Below, piece after piece: positions 16,941-27,700 of a stretch of DNA of 64,000 nt (positions within the stretch are counted from its first letter, which is position 1; each line of letters starts with the position of its first letter). The notes under the pieces are model-generated. The model saw only the letters and a program-made list of their open reading frames with translations. It was not told the DNA's origin and made no database searches. Source of the stretch: Spirochaetota bacterium. GTDB lineage: Bacteria > Spirochaetota > UBA4802 > UBA5550. Made by a program: the position numbers and the translations under genes. The stretch covers positions 124,913 to 188,912 of the forward strand of contig JAFGJX010000069.1 in NCBI GenBank assembly GCA_016928865.1, written 5' to 3'.

Positions 16941-18848
16941 ATGCATTCAACATTCATGGGACTTGAAATCGGAAAAAAAGGACTGATGTCGCATCAGCAG
17001 GCCCTCCATGTCACCGGACACAACATCTCGAACGCGGAAAACAAGGAATATTCCCGGCAGCGGGTCATCATAACCGCGGCGGATCCCCTGTACGTGCCCG
17101 CGCTGAACCGGTCAAACGCACCGGGCAACATCGGGCAGGGATCGGTAGTGCAGTCCGTCGAGCGTATCAGGGACAGCTTCATAGACGACCGTATTATCGT
17201 CGAAAAGAACAGCGCGGGATACTGGAAGGTGCGCAACGAGTTTGTGTACCAGATAGAGACGGTATACAACGAGCCGTCAGACCAGTCCCTGCGGACTAGG
17301 CTTGATGAATTGTGGAAGTCATGGGAAGAGCTGTCGAAGTACCCGGAGGAGCGGTCGACCCGCGAGGTGGTCAAGGAAAAGGCCGTGAACCTGGCGCACG
17401 AGGTGAATTATACCTACCGGCAGCTCTACGATCTCAAGATGAACGCGAACCGCCAGATCGAGCACCGGGTCAACCAGATAAACATGTACGCGAAGGACGT
17501 CCGCGACCTGAACGAGCGGATACTCAAGGCTGAGGCCCTGGGGGACAACCCGAACGATTTAAAAGACAGGCGCGACGCATTGATAGAAAAAATGTCCGAA
17601 ATCGTCAACATCAGCGTGGGAAGAAGCGACAAGGACGAGATAATAGTCTACATCAGCGGCGAGAACCTGGTGCAGGGAGAAGTGCTGCACGAGCTCGCGG
17701 CGGAGATGGACCCGGACAATGACGGCCTGTTCAAGGTGATATGGAAGGACACGGGGAGGGACGCCGACGTCCGCAACGGGGAGCTGGCGAGCCTGTTCGA
17801 TATCCGGGACCGCGTCATCCGGGAGAACATCAATGACATGAACTCCTTCGCGATCAACCTCTCCGACCTGACCAACGAGGTGCACCGTGACGGGTTCAGC
17901 CGGCGGAACGAGACCAATGTCGACTTTTTCGGGCATCTCATGATCAGCGACAATGTTGACGGCAACTTCGACCTGAACAACGACGGCGTGAACGACGTGA
18001 CCGCGATATTCCGGGTGTCGGGCAACAACAAGATCGACGCCTCCGCCGCGATCGGGATAAGCGGCACGCTCTCCTTCGTCGCGAACACGGAGCTCGAGTC
18101 GAACGTCCAGATCGATTACAACGTCTCGGACACGGCACTCACCATCATAAAGAAGATTAACGACGCCAGGATGGGCGTTGTCGCATACATCAACCATAAC
18201 GGCCAGCTGGGCCTCAAGGCGACCACGGCCGAGGACATGGACAAAAAGAATTTCATGATACGGCACCTGGAGGACTCGGGTCAGTTCCTCGTCGGATTGA
18301 CGGGCATACTGAAGCAGAGCGGTCCCCAGGGGGGATTTGATTACCGGCGGACCAACGACATTATCAAGTTCCTGCCGTCGCGGGAGCACATAACGATAAC
18401 CCCGAAGTTCAACCCCGCCTCGCACATGGCCGTATCGGAGGGGATCATGCAGGATGTAGACCGGATCGCCGCGGCCCGCGGCAAGGATGTGGGCGGGACG
18501 GGCGATGTCAATACGTCGAACGGCATCGGCGATGGCAGCAATGCGCTCCGGGTCGCGCATATACGGCATCAGCACGCCATGGTGGACACCAGCAACACCT
18601 TCAACGAATTCTACACGGCCGTCATCTCCCGCACGGGCACCCAGGGCGAGGAGGCGAAGGACCGGGTGAAAAACCAGGAGACCCTCCTCAAGAACCTGGG
18701 AAACCTCCGCGAGTCCATTTCGGGGGTGAATCTGGACGAGGAGATGACGAACATGGTCGCCTTTCAGCACGGGTACAACGCCGCGGCGCGCGTCATCAAC
18801 ACCATGAACGAGATGCTGGATACCATTATCAACAGGATGGGGGTATAA
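16941..18848 (+). CDS. flgK: flagellar hook-associated protein 1 FlgK
   Basis: The N-terminus MGLEIGKKGLMSHQQALHVTGHNISNAEN and the C-terminus EEMTNMVAFQHGYNAAARVI are conserved rod/hook-family termini. GGGAGGAGG SD is present. Confidence 0.94.
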   Translation: MHSTFMGLEIGKKGLMSHQQALHVTGHNISNAENKEYSRQRVIITAADPLYVPALNRSNAPGNIGQGSVVQSVERIRDSFIDDRIIVEKNSAGYWKVRNEFVYQIETVYNEPSDQSLRTRLDELWKSWEELSKYPEERSTREVVKEKAVNLAHEVNYTYRQLYDLKMNANRQIEHRVNQINMYAKDVRDLNERILKAEALGDNPNDLKDRRDALIEKMSEIVNISVGRSDKDEIIVYISGENLVQGEVLHELAAEMDPDNDGLFKVIWKDTGRDADVRNGELASLFDIRDRVIRENINDMNSFAINLSDLTNEVHRDGFSRRNETNVDFFGHLMISDNVDGNFDLNNDGVNDVTAIFRVSGNNKIDASAAIGISGTLSFVANTELESNVQIDYNVSDTALTIIKKINDARMGVVAYINHNGQLGLKATTAEDMDKKNFMIRHLEDSGQFLVGLTGILKQSGPQGGFDYRRTNDIIKFLPSREHITITPKFNPASHMAVSEGIMQDVDRIAAARGKDVGGTGDVNTSNGIGDGSNALRVAHIRHQHAMVDTSNTFNEFYTAVISRTGTQGEEAKDRVKNQETLLKNLGNLRESISGVNLDEEMTNMVAFQHGYNAAARVINTMNEMLDTIINRMGV

Positions 18849-18851
18849 GGT

Positions 18852-20114
18852 ATGAACCGCATTACGAACCAGATGATCAACAACACCATGAGCTATAACC
18901 TGCAGCGGCACCAGACCGAGATGGACCGCGTGCAGAACTCGCTCGCCACGGGCAAGAACGTCAACGTCCCCCGCGACAATCCGATCGCGGCCACGAACCA
19001 GATGCTCTACCATACGCGGCTGACCGAGATCGACCAGTTTCTGAGCAATTTAACGGAGAGCAGGTCCAGGCTGGACGAGGTCGATACCGCGCTCCAGTCG
19101 ACGCTCCGCATATTCCAGCGGATACGCGTCCTCACCGTGCAGGGCGCCAACGGCATATACACCTCGTTCGAGCTCAAGGAGGCGGCGGCCACCGAGGTCA
19201 ACCAGCTCCTTGACGAGCTGGTCGCCATCGCCAACACCAAGGGCGCGACCGGGAGGTCGATCTTCGGCGGGCACCAGACCGGGACCGAGGAGCAGCCGAA
19301 CCCGTGGGTGCCGATCTACCAGACCCTCACCGCCGGAAACCAGGGCGACGCCATGATCGGCGTCGAGTACCGGGGGAATATCGGAAAGTTCAAACGCGAG
19401 GTCGCGAAGGGCGAATACCTGGACGTCGGCATCCCCGGGAACGAGGTATTCTGGGCCACGAACCAGGTGCTCACCTCGAACAGGGACGTGTCGGCATATA
19501 GCGCGCCAACCAACCAGTCGATCAGGATCGACGGGCGGGAGATAAACATCTCCGCGGGCGACAATATCGACATCATCATAGACAAGATCAACAACGCCGG
19601 ACTGAGCGTGCGCGCATCGAAGGGGGGCCGAAACAACCTGATCATGGAGACCACAACCCCGCACCAGATCTGGATCGAGGACGCCGGGAGCGGCACCGTG
19701 CTCAAGGACCTCGGAGTGCTCAATCCGACCTTTCCCGAGCCGCCCAACAACATAGATCCCACCGTGACCATCGGGGGGATGTCGGTGTTCGAGATGCTCA
19801 TACAGCTCCGCGACGACCTGGTCCGCGGCGATCAGGAGCTCATCGGCGGCCGGGACCTGGGGCTGATAGACCTGGGTCTTGAGAACATCCTGAAGCACCT
19901 CGCGGCCATCGGAGCGAAGACGAACCGGATCGACGAGCTGGCAAAGCGCACCGAGTATGACAAGGGCAACGTGACGGCGATGCTTGCGAACACGGAGGGT
20001 ATCGATTACGCCGAGACCATCATGAACTTCAAGTGGCTTGAGAGCGTGCACCGGTATGCCCTCGCGGTCGGCGCACGCTCCATAATGCCGACGCTCATGG
20101 ATTTTTTGAGGTAG
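18852..20114 (+). CDS. flgL: flagellar hook-associated protein 3 FlgL
   Basis: It has a flagellin-like N-terminus (RITNQMINNTMSYNLQRHQTEMDRVQNSLATGK) and C-terminus. It lies immediately after flgK. Confidence 0.9.
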   Translation: MNRITNQMINNTMSYNLQRHQTEMDRVQNSLATGKNVNVPRDNPIAATNQMLYHTRLTEIDQFLSNLTESRSRLDEVDTALQSTLRIFQRIRVLTVQGANGIYTSFELKEAAATEVNQLLDELVAIANTKGATGRSIFGGHQTGTEEQPNPWVPIYQTLTAGNQGDAMIGVEYRGNIGKFKREVAKGEYLDVGIPGNEVFWATNQVLTSNRDVSAYSAPTNQSIRIDGREINISAGDNIDIIIDKINNAGLSVRASKGGRNNLIMETTTPHQIWIEDAGSGTVLKDLGVLNPTFPEPPNNIDPTVTIGGMSVFEMLIQLRDDLVRGDQELIGGRDLGLIDLGLENILKHLAAIGAKTNRIDELAKRTEYDKGNVTAMLANTEGIDYAETIMNFKWLESVHRYALAVGARSIMPTLMDFLR

Positions 20115-20228
20115 AAAAAATACCTTTGTGCCTGAAAAACAAAAAGTAGTTGCAGGCTTATATTGAAATAGCATAAATAGTATACAGTGGAGTTGCGTTA
20201 CGGCCGCTTGTTTGAAAGGAGTATATTC

Positions 20229-20684
20229 TTGGGAATAACAGTAAAAACCAGGCCATACGGAGAGATGGAAGTACGGGAAGAGCAGATCATTGATTTTCCC
20301 GACGGCATACTCGGCTTTGATTACGTGAAAAAATTCGTCCTTCTTGACACGGAGGACGAAACGTCGCCGCTTAAGTGGCTCCAGGCGTATGACGAACCCG
20401 GCCTTGCCTTTATCGTAATACGGCCGATTGATTTCATGAGAGAATACGAGCTCTACATTTCAATGAACGATATTGAGGCGGTGGGCGCATCCGGAGCTGA
20501 GAACCTCCTGGTTTTTGCGATCGTTACCATTCCCGCCAATCCCTCAGAGATGACGGCGAATCTGCAGGGCCCGGTCATCATTAACCCGGAGAAGCGTCTG
20601 GGGCGTCAGGCGATATCGCTGAGCGACAAGTACAGCGTGAAGCACAGGATCCTTGACGAGATGAAAAACGCCGCCGAGGGCTAA
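20229..20684 (+). CDS. fliW: flagellar assembly factor FliW
   Basis: The motifs [32 protein letters not shown] .. PLKWLQ are present. A TTG start lies 8 nt after AAGGAG, and csrA follows immediately. Confidence 0.9.
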   Translation: MGITVKTRPYGEMEVREEQIIDFPDGILGFDYVKKFVLLDTEDETSPLKWLQAYDEPGLAFIVIRPIDFMREYELYISMNDIEAVGASGAENLLVFAIVTIPANPSEMTANLQGPVIINPEKRLGRQAISLSDKYSVKHRILDEMKNAAEG

Positions 20685-20688
20685 CGGT

Positions 20689-20946
20689 ATGCTGGTACTG
20701 GCACGAAGACTGAATGAAAGCATCATGATCGGCGACGATATCGAGATCGTTGTCATCGATATCAAGGGCGACCAGGTCAAGCTGGGCATCCGGGCGCCCA
20801 AGCGCGTCACCGTCCATCGCAAGGAGATATACGACGAAATCAGGAAGGAGAACATCGCTGCGATGGATTCGAATTTCAGGCCAGAAGAATTGAAGGAGTT
20901 CTCCGATATTTTGAAGAAGGGCAAGGACGAAAAGGAAAAAAAATAG
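20689..20946 (+). CDS. csrA: carbon storage regulator CsrA
   Basis: [48 protein letters not shown] is a canonical CsrA fold sequence. Confidence 0.95.
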   Translation: MLVLARRLNESIMIGDDIEIVVIDIKGDQVKLGIRAPKRVTVHRKEIYDEIRKENIAAMDSNFRPEELKEFSDILKKGKDEKEKK

Positions 20947-20969
20947 GGCGCTCGTTGGAACTCTTCAGC

Positions 20970-21620
20970 ATGGATTACTTTCTCCCCCTCTCTCTTGCGC
21001 TGGCAGCGTCGTTCGCCGCACGCGAATACGTCACTTTCAGGGAACGGATCAGCCTCAAGTATGTCTTCACGCCGCTGGTTACCGCGCTGATCGCGGGCTT
21101 CGCGGTTCTCGCGATTGCGGAAGAGGGGGCCTCCGCGTACCGCATGCTCGTGCTTGCCGGAATTATAAGCTCGCTGGTTGCCGATACCCTGTTGATGATC
21201 GTCGAGGTCAACCTGCTGAAGAACGGGGTAGTCTATTTCATGCTCGCGCATCTTATGTACATCGCCGCTTTTTCCCTCTCGTATGAATTTCAGGGCTGGC
21301 ACATTGCGCTGGCGGCGCTTCTCGCGGCGCCGGTCATACTCATTGCGCGCGGCATAAAAGGCCAGGCCGGGACCATGAAGCCGCTCATACTGTCATACGC
21401 GGCCGTGCTCTGCACCATGCTCTTCTTTGCCCTTGCTCAGATGAATGGCGCCTCGGCTCAAAAGGAAATTTTAATCGTGGTCGGAGCAGTACTCTTTTTC
21501 GTTTCAGATCTGCTGCTTGCATATCTTACTTTTATCAAACCGCACAGACAGGAATCGGTCATCGTATGGGCGGTATACGCACCGGCTCAGCTGCTAATCG
21601 CGCTGTCGTGCTTCTTCTGA
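20970..21620 (+). CDS. YhhN-family (lysoplasmalogenase-like) membrane protein
   Basis: It is a multi-TM protein with the C-terminal motif VGAVLFFVSDLLLAY, typical of YhhN/TMEM86. Confidence 0.65.
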   Translation: MDYFLPLSLALAASFAAREYVTFRERISLKYVFTPLVTALIAGFAVLAIAEEGASAYRMLVLAGIISSLVADTLLMIVEVNLLKNGVVYFMLAHLMYIAAFSLSYEFQGWHIALAALLAAPVILIARGIKGQAGTMKPLILSYAAVLCTMLFFALAQMNGASAQKEILIVVGAVLFFVSDLLLAYLTFIKPHRQESVIVWAVYAPAQLLIALSCFF

Positions 21621-21625
21621 GAAGA

Positions 21626-22477
21626 TCAGTTGAGGACGATCTGGTTTTTTCCGAAAAGCCTGACCCTGCCCGGTGAGAGGGGATGGGAGCGGATGCTTCT
21701 GAACGGCCTGATGCGGGGTCCCAGAAAATTCCGCGGGGCATAGATTCTCTTTCCGATTTCATCCGCGGCGTAGTTTTTATCTCCACGGTCAAGAATCAGA
21801 TAGTAACACGGCTCGACACGGTCCTCCGCCGATATGGCCAGGAGGTCCTGGACCCTGTACGCTGTTCCCCGGATATCGACGTGCATGAAGTCCTGTTCTT
21901 CGGCAGGGCGTAGCGGATAATTGTCATTCAGGTATATGCGGAGCGAGGTGAAGCGGGCGATGAACCAGGAATGGCCCCTCCTGAAAGAGATCCACCGGTA
22001 GGCATATTCATTGATACTCCTGATGCCCGGAGCGCGGCGCGCCTTAACCCGCGGGGTGTCGTGATGCATCAGAGCGGGGAAATTCTCGAAGCTGGCGTCC
22101 CGGGCGTCATTGATTTTTGTCAGCAGATAGTGGACGAGGTTGAAGTCGAGCCCCTCCCGTGTATACATCGCCGCGTATTTACGGAGGACCGCCTTGAGGC
22201 GCATGACATCTTCCGTGCCGCTGAGCGTGTTATAACCCGAATATATGGAGGAGAGCACGTCGAGCTGCCGCATGATGCCGGCATACAGGGATTCAAAGCC
22301 TGCGTAATTCCCTTCAAGGTCATGTATCGATTTTTCCACGGAGTGCCCGATCTGCTCTATCTTCTGCAGATTGTAGTTCCACAGTTCGGCATAGTCGCCG
22401 TATACGGCATTCTCATTTTTTTCTTCAGCTTCCATCACCCTGTTGCCCTCGGTCTGCATCATCCATGGACCTGACAT
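21626..22477 (-). CDS. hypothetical protein, possible C-terminal CheW-like domain
   Basis: This is a long, well-behaved ORF. The C-terminal ~130 aa (DIRGTAYRVQDLLAI .. YYLILD .. PGRVRLFGKNQIVLN) loosely resembles a CheW-like fold. The N-terminal half has no recognisable motif. Confidence 0.45.
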   Translation of the reverse strand: MSGPWMMQTEGNRVMEAEEKNENAVYGDYAELWNYNLQKIEQIGHSVEKSIHDLEGNYAGFESLYAGIMRQLDVLSSIYSGYNTLSGTEDVMRLKAVLRKYAAMYTREGLDFNLVHYLLTKINDARDASFENFPALMHHDTPRVKARRAPGIRSINEYAYRWISFRRGHSWFIARFTSLRIYLNDNYPLRPAEEQDFMHVDIRGTAYRVQDLLAISAEDRVEPCYYLILDRGDKNYAADEIGKRIYAPRNFLGPRIRPFRSIRSHPLSPGRVRLFGKNQIVLN

Positions 22478-22712
22478 AATTATTACTGATAGATAAGACC
22501 ATTTCCTTCAAATAGTCAATTATTTTTAAAGGAGACTTCAAATTACTTGACTTTACTTATTTATTTTAAAGAATTGTTAATCATCCTTGCATTAACTTCT
22601 GCGAAGTACCGAGGGACCTGGCGAGATGTATGCATGATCCCGTTGAGTGCGCTTCAATGTTACCGAGGTATACAGGGTCAAAGCATGGGCTACGAAATCT
22701 TGAGGTGCGGTC

Positions 22713-23477
22713 ATGATAGGAAAAAAAATACGTCTTCAGAGAATACTCAACAGGAACACGGGTAAAACCATTATCGTGCCTATGGACCACGGCGTGACCG
22801 TGGGGCCCATCCCCGGCCTTATTGACATGGCGACGACGATAAACAGGGTGGCCGAAGGCGGCGCGAATGCCATACTCATGCACAAGGGAATAGTCGAAAC
22901 CGGTCACCGGAGCAGCGGGAAGGACATCGGTCTCATCGTTCACCTGTCTGCCAGCACCGTGCTCGCCCCCGATTCGAACGCGAAAACCCTGGTCTGCTCC
23001 GTTGAAGAGGCGGTCCGCCTCGGAGCCGATGCGGTTTCAATACACGTCAATATCGGCGCGAACACCGAAGCGGAAATGCTTGCGAAAATGGGCATGGTCT
23101 CCAGGGCCTGCCGCGAGTGGGGGATGCCTCTCCTTGCGATGATGTATACGCGGGGCGCGAAGATAAAGAACGAATACGACGTCAAGGTTGTCAAGCACGG
23201 CGCGCGCGTCGGCGCCGAGCTCGGTGCGGACATCGTAAAGGTAAACTACACCGGATCGCCGCAATCATTCAGCGAGGTCGTGGAAGGGTGCCCGGTTCCG
23301 GTCGTGATAGCCGGGGGCGAAAAGATGGAGACCGACAGGGAGATCCTTGACATGGTGAAGGGCTCCATAAAGGCGGGGGGCGCCGGCGTTTCCATCGGCA
23401 GGAACGTGTTTCAGCATAAAAATCCGGAAATCATCGTTCGTAAAATATCGGAGATCGTGCACGGTACAAAAAAATGA
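22713..23477 (+). CDS. aroA': 2-amino-3,7-dideoxy-D-threo-hept-6-ulosonate synthase (AroA', class I aldolase DhnA family)
   Basis: It is collinear along the full length with my recollection of M. jannaschii MJ0400: [20 protein letters not shown] .. [14 protein letters not shown] .. [12 protein letters not shown] .. [11 protein letters not shown] .. [11 protein letters not shown]. Confidence 0.88.
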   Translation: MIGKKIRLQRILNRNTGKTIIVPMDHGVTVGPIPGLIDMATTINRVAEGGANAILMHKGIVETGHRSSGKDIGLIVHLSASTVLAPDSNAKTLVCSVEEAVRLGADAVSIHVNIGANTEAEMLAKMGMVSRACREWGMPLLAMMYTRGAKIKNEYDVKVVKHGARVGAELGADIVKVNYTGSPQSFSEVVEGCPVPVVIAGGEKMETDREILDMVKGSIKAGGAGVSIGRNVFQHKNPEIIVRKISEIVHGTKK

Positions 23478-24478
23478 AAGAAATCTGGCTGCACCTTCCG
23501 GAGTGGGATAAAAGACTGGTTACCGAATCGCTCGAATCGGGTGTCGATGCCATCCTTACAGATTCCGAGTTTGTTCCCCGGATCAGGGAGCTCGGCCGGA
23601 TTCCGATCATTGCGCCCGCGCAGGGCGACCGTACCATCCCCGATGACGTGGAGATAATTACCATCTCCGGCAAGGAGGATGAAAAGCGGGCAGCCGCTGC
23701 GCTGAAGTCGCGTGCCGTCGTGGTGCGCACCACCGACTGGGACATCATCCCGATCGAAAACCTGATACCCCGGGGCGGCGAGCGCCTCTACACCTTCGTG
23801 CGGAACCTGGACGACGCGAAGGTTGCGGCCGGGATAATGGAGAAGGGGGTCGCCGGCGTGGTTCTGGAGACCGCGGATCCCTCGGAAATATTGCGGGTTG
23901 TCCGCTATATCAGGGACCTTGCAAGCGAGGAATTCGCGCTGGTAACGCTCGAGGTCACCGGGATCAAGAATATCGGCATCGGCGACCGTGTCTGCGTCGA
24001 CACCTGCAGCAATATAGAACCGGGGGAGGGCCTGCTGGTGGGGAACAGCAGTCGCGGCATGTTCCTCGTCCACGCTGAAAATATCGAAAATCCCTACGTC
24101 GCGCCACGGCCATTCAGGATAAATGCGGGCGCGGTGCATTCTTACGTGCGGGTCCCGGGCGGCGCGACCAGGTACCTGGGCGAGCTGGAGACGGGAGACC
24201 CGGTGCTGATCGTCGGCAAGGACGGCGGCACCTATTCCTCCAGCGTGGGTCGATCGAAGATTGAGAAGCGCCCGATGCTGGTTGTCTATGCCAGGGACCC
24301 GGAGAAGAATGAGTATTCCGTGGTTCTCCAGAATGCAGAGACAATACGGCTCACCGCGCCTGACGGGAAAGCGGCGAGCGTGGCCGCGCTCAAGCCGGGT
24401 GACCGGGTGCTCGGTTATGTTGAAAAGGGCGGCCGCCATTTCGGCATGGCCGTTGATGAAACAATAAAAGAGCAGTAA
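23474..24478 (+). CDS. aroB': 3-dehydroquinate synthase II (AroB', archaeal type)
   Basis: The C-terminal half is collinear with MJ1249: [12 protein letters not shown] .. [28 protein letters not shown] .. IEKRPMLVV .. LQNAETIRL .. [12 protein letters not shown]. An ATGA overlap joins it to aroA'. Confidence 0.88.
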   Translation: MKEIWLHLPEWDKRLVTESLESGVDAILTDSEFVPRIRELGRIPIIAPAQGDRTIPDDVEIITISGKEDEKRAAAALKSRAVVVRTTDWDIIPIENLIPRGGERLYTFVRNLDDAKVAAGIMEKGVAGVVLETADPSEILRVVRYIRDLASEEFALVTLEVTGIKNIGIGDRVCVDTCSNIEPGEGLLVGNSSRGMFLVHAENIENPYVAPRPFRINAGAVHSYVRVPGGATRYLGELETGDPVLIVGKDGGTYSSSVGRSKIEKRPMLVVYARDPEKNEYSVVLQNAETIRLTAPDGKAASVAALKPGDRVLGYVEKGGRHFGMAVDETIKEQ

Positions 24479-24780
24479 CTGGTTCTGAACTGTTTGAAAC
24501 CCCGCAGTGACGAAAAAACATGGTCATCCCATAAATCCGGGATAAAATATCATACTACGGACAGCACCTCTGTGAAATAGAAAAGAACCAGGGGATTTGC
24601 TTTTTTCATATGCCAATTATATTTCTTTCGAGCAGCATGATATCCTTTCTTTAGCTTGACTAAAAAGTGGCCGTTTACTAGGTTGATAACAATTTTGAAA
24701 ATAGAAAAGTGTACTTGCGCCCAAAAATACTAAACATAAATGATATTATTCATATATTAATTTACATCAGGAGATAGTGA

Positions 24781-27700
24781 ATGAGTCAGAAAAAGAAGAT
24801 GAAATCCATGGATGGCAATATGGCGGCGGCTCATGTCGCGTACGCGTTCACTGATGTCGCAACCATCTATCCAATTACCCCGTCGTCACCCATGCCTGAA
24901 TATATTGACGAATGGGCCGCGCGCGGCCTGAAAAATATTTTTGGTGAATCGGTCAGGGTCGTTGAAATGCAGTCGGAAGCGGGAGCTGCGGGAGCAATGC
25001 ACGGCGCGCTGCAGGCGGGCGCACTGGCCACAACCTTTACTGCGTCACAGGGACTGCTCCTCATGATACCGAATATGTATAAAATATCGGGTGAGCTCCT
25101 GCCCGGCGTCATGCACGTGAGCGCCCGCTCGCTGTCGACGCACGCGCTGTCGATATTCGGAGACCATGCGGACGTGTATGCGGTCAGGCAGGCGGGGTTT
25201 GCCATGCTGGCCAGCGGCGGCGTCCAGGAGGTCATGGACCTGGCCGCGGTCGCGCACCTGGCTGCAGTAAAGAGCAGGGTGCCGTTCCTCCATTTTTTTG
25301 ACGGCTTCCGCACGTCGCATGAGATACAGAAGATCGAGGTGATCGATTATAAGGACCTGAAGATAATGCTTGACGTAGAAGCGCTTAACGGTTTCCGCCA
25401 GCGCGCCCTGAATCCCCAGTCTCCCGTGGCACGGGGAACAGCGCAGAATCCGGATATTTATTTCCAGCTCAGGGAAGCGTCCAATCCGTTCTATAACGCT
25501 CTGCCGGACATTGTTGAGGACTACATGAAGGGGATCAGCGCGCTGACCGGCCGGGAATACCATCCCTTCAATTATTACGGCGCGCCTGACGCGGAAAACA
25601 TCATCGTGGCCATGGGCTCAGTTACTGAGACGATCCAGGAAACGGTCGATTACCTGGTAAGCACCGGCGAAAAGGTGGGGCTGATCATGGTCCGGCTCTA
25701 CCGTCCCTTCTCCGAAAAATATTTCATGAAGGTGATGCCGAAGACCGTGAAGCGGATAGCGGTGCTCGACCGGACCAAGGAGCCGGGCGCCAACGGCGAG
25801 CCTCTCTACCTGGACGTGCGCGATATGCTGTACGGCGGCGCGTCAAATATCCTCATCGTAGGAGGCCGCTACGGACTGAGTTCCAAGGACACCACGCCGA
25901 ACCAGATCATGGCAGTATACGACAACCTCAAGCTTCCCGAGCCGAAAAACGGCTTCACCATCGGCATTATCGATGACGTGACCTTTACCTCTCTCCCCGT
26001 GAAGGACGATGCCCCGAACACGGTGCCAGAGGGCACCTTCGCGGCCAAGTTTTACGGCATCGGCGCTGACGGGACGGTCGGCGCAAACAAGAACTCTCTG
26101 AAGATAATCGGCGACAATACGGACATGTATGCCCAGGCCTATTTCGCCTATGACGCGAAGAAGTCCGGCGGCGTTACCATCTCCCACCTCCGCTTCGGCA
26201 AGAAGCCGATCCGATCGACCTATCTCGTCATACGCCCTGACTTTGTCGCGTGTCACGTGCCCGCCTATCTCGACCAGTATGACATGCTCCAGGGCCTGAA
26301 GAAGGGAGGCACGTTTTTATTGAACAGTCTCTGGGAAGCGGAAGAGACGAAGCGGCGCATTCCGGACGATATGAAGAAGTTCATGGCTGACAATGATATT
26401 CAGCTCTATATAATAAACGCGACAAAGATCGCGGAGGAGATCGGCCTGGGAACGCGCACCAACAGCATCATGCAGGCCGCGTTCTTCAAGCTTGCGAACG
26501 TCATCATGTACAATGACGCGGTAAGGCACATGAAGGGGGCGGTGGACAAGACCTACGGCAAGAAGGGCGATGAGATCGTCAAGATGAATTACGCGGCGAT
26601 CGAACAGGGGGCCGACGGCCTGGTAAAGGTCGAGGTGCCCGATGAATGGAAGAAGATAAAGCCCGCGAAGAAGAAGGGACGGAGCAAGACGACGGAATTT
26701 ATAAAAAACATCGCCGATCCGATGAACCATCTCGATGGCGACAACCTGCCGGTGAGCGTGTTTTCGGAAATGCCGGACGGCACCTTCCCGCAGGGGACAA
26801 CGGCGTATGAAAAGCGGGGGATCGCGGTGCACGTCCCCGAGTGGCAGCCGGACACCTGTATCCAGTGCAACCAGTGCTCGTTTGTTTGTCCGCATGCCGT
26901 TATCAGACCGTTCCTGTTGAACGAAAAGGAAGCGGCCGCTGTTCCCGCCGGGACGGTGCTCGTGGACGCCAAGGGGAAGGGCCTTGACGGGCTGAAATTC
27001 AGGATCCAGATAAGCCCGCTCGACTGCACCGGATGCGGGAACTGCGAGCAGACCTGCCCGTCGAAGCCGAAATCTCTTATAATGAAAAACCTTGAAGAGC
27101 AGATGGTCGAGAACGAACGATGGCAGTACTTCTCCTCCAAGGTCACGTACAAAGACACGCTGATGAACAGGAACACGGTCAAGGGGAGCCAGTTCGCGCA
27201 GCCGCTCTTCCAGTTTTCAGGCGCCTGCGCAGGATGCGGGGAAACGCCCTACATCAAGCTCATCACCCAGCTCTACGGCGACCGGATGATGGTCGCGAAC
27301 GCGACCGGCTGTTCTTCTATATACAGCAGCTCCGCCCCAAGCACCCCATACTGCGTTAACGCCGATGGCTGCGGGCCAACATACGCAAGTTCGCTTTTCG
27401 AGGACAACGCCGAGTACGGCTACGGGATGCGCGTCGGGGTCGAGCAGATCCGCGACCGGATCGCCGAGTGCGCTCAGCAGCTTCTCGCCGGCGGCGCGGG
27501 CCATGACCTGACCTATTTTCTGAAAACGGCACTGCAGGACTGGCTTGAAGGGAAGAACGACGCGGAAAAATCGAAGGACGCGGCGAAACGGCTTGTCCCG
27601 CTTCTCGAGAAGGACGGCAGCGCTCTCGCGAAGGAAATACTGGGAGTCAAGCAGTATCTGGCCAAACGATCCAACTGGGTCATTGGCGGAGACGGCTGGG

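Noticed and set aside
17559-20174. Two very long antisense ORFs (484 aa and 374 aa) opposite flgK and flgL
   Set aside because: flgK and flgL have clear conserved termini and SD sequences. The antisense products are low-complexity (V/R/G/D/H-rich) shadow ORFs.
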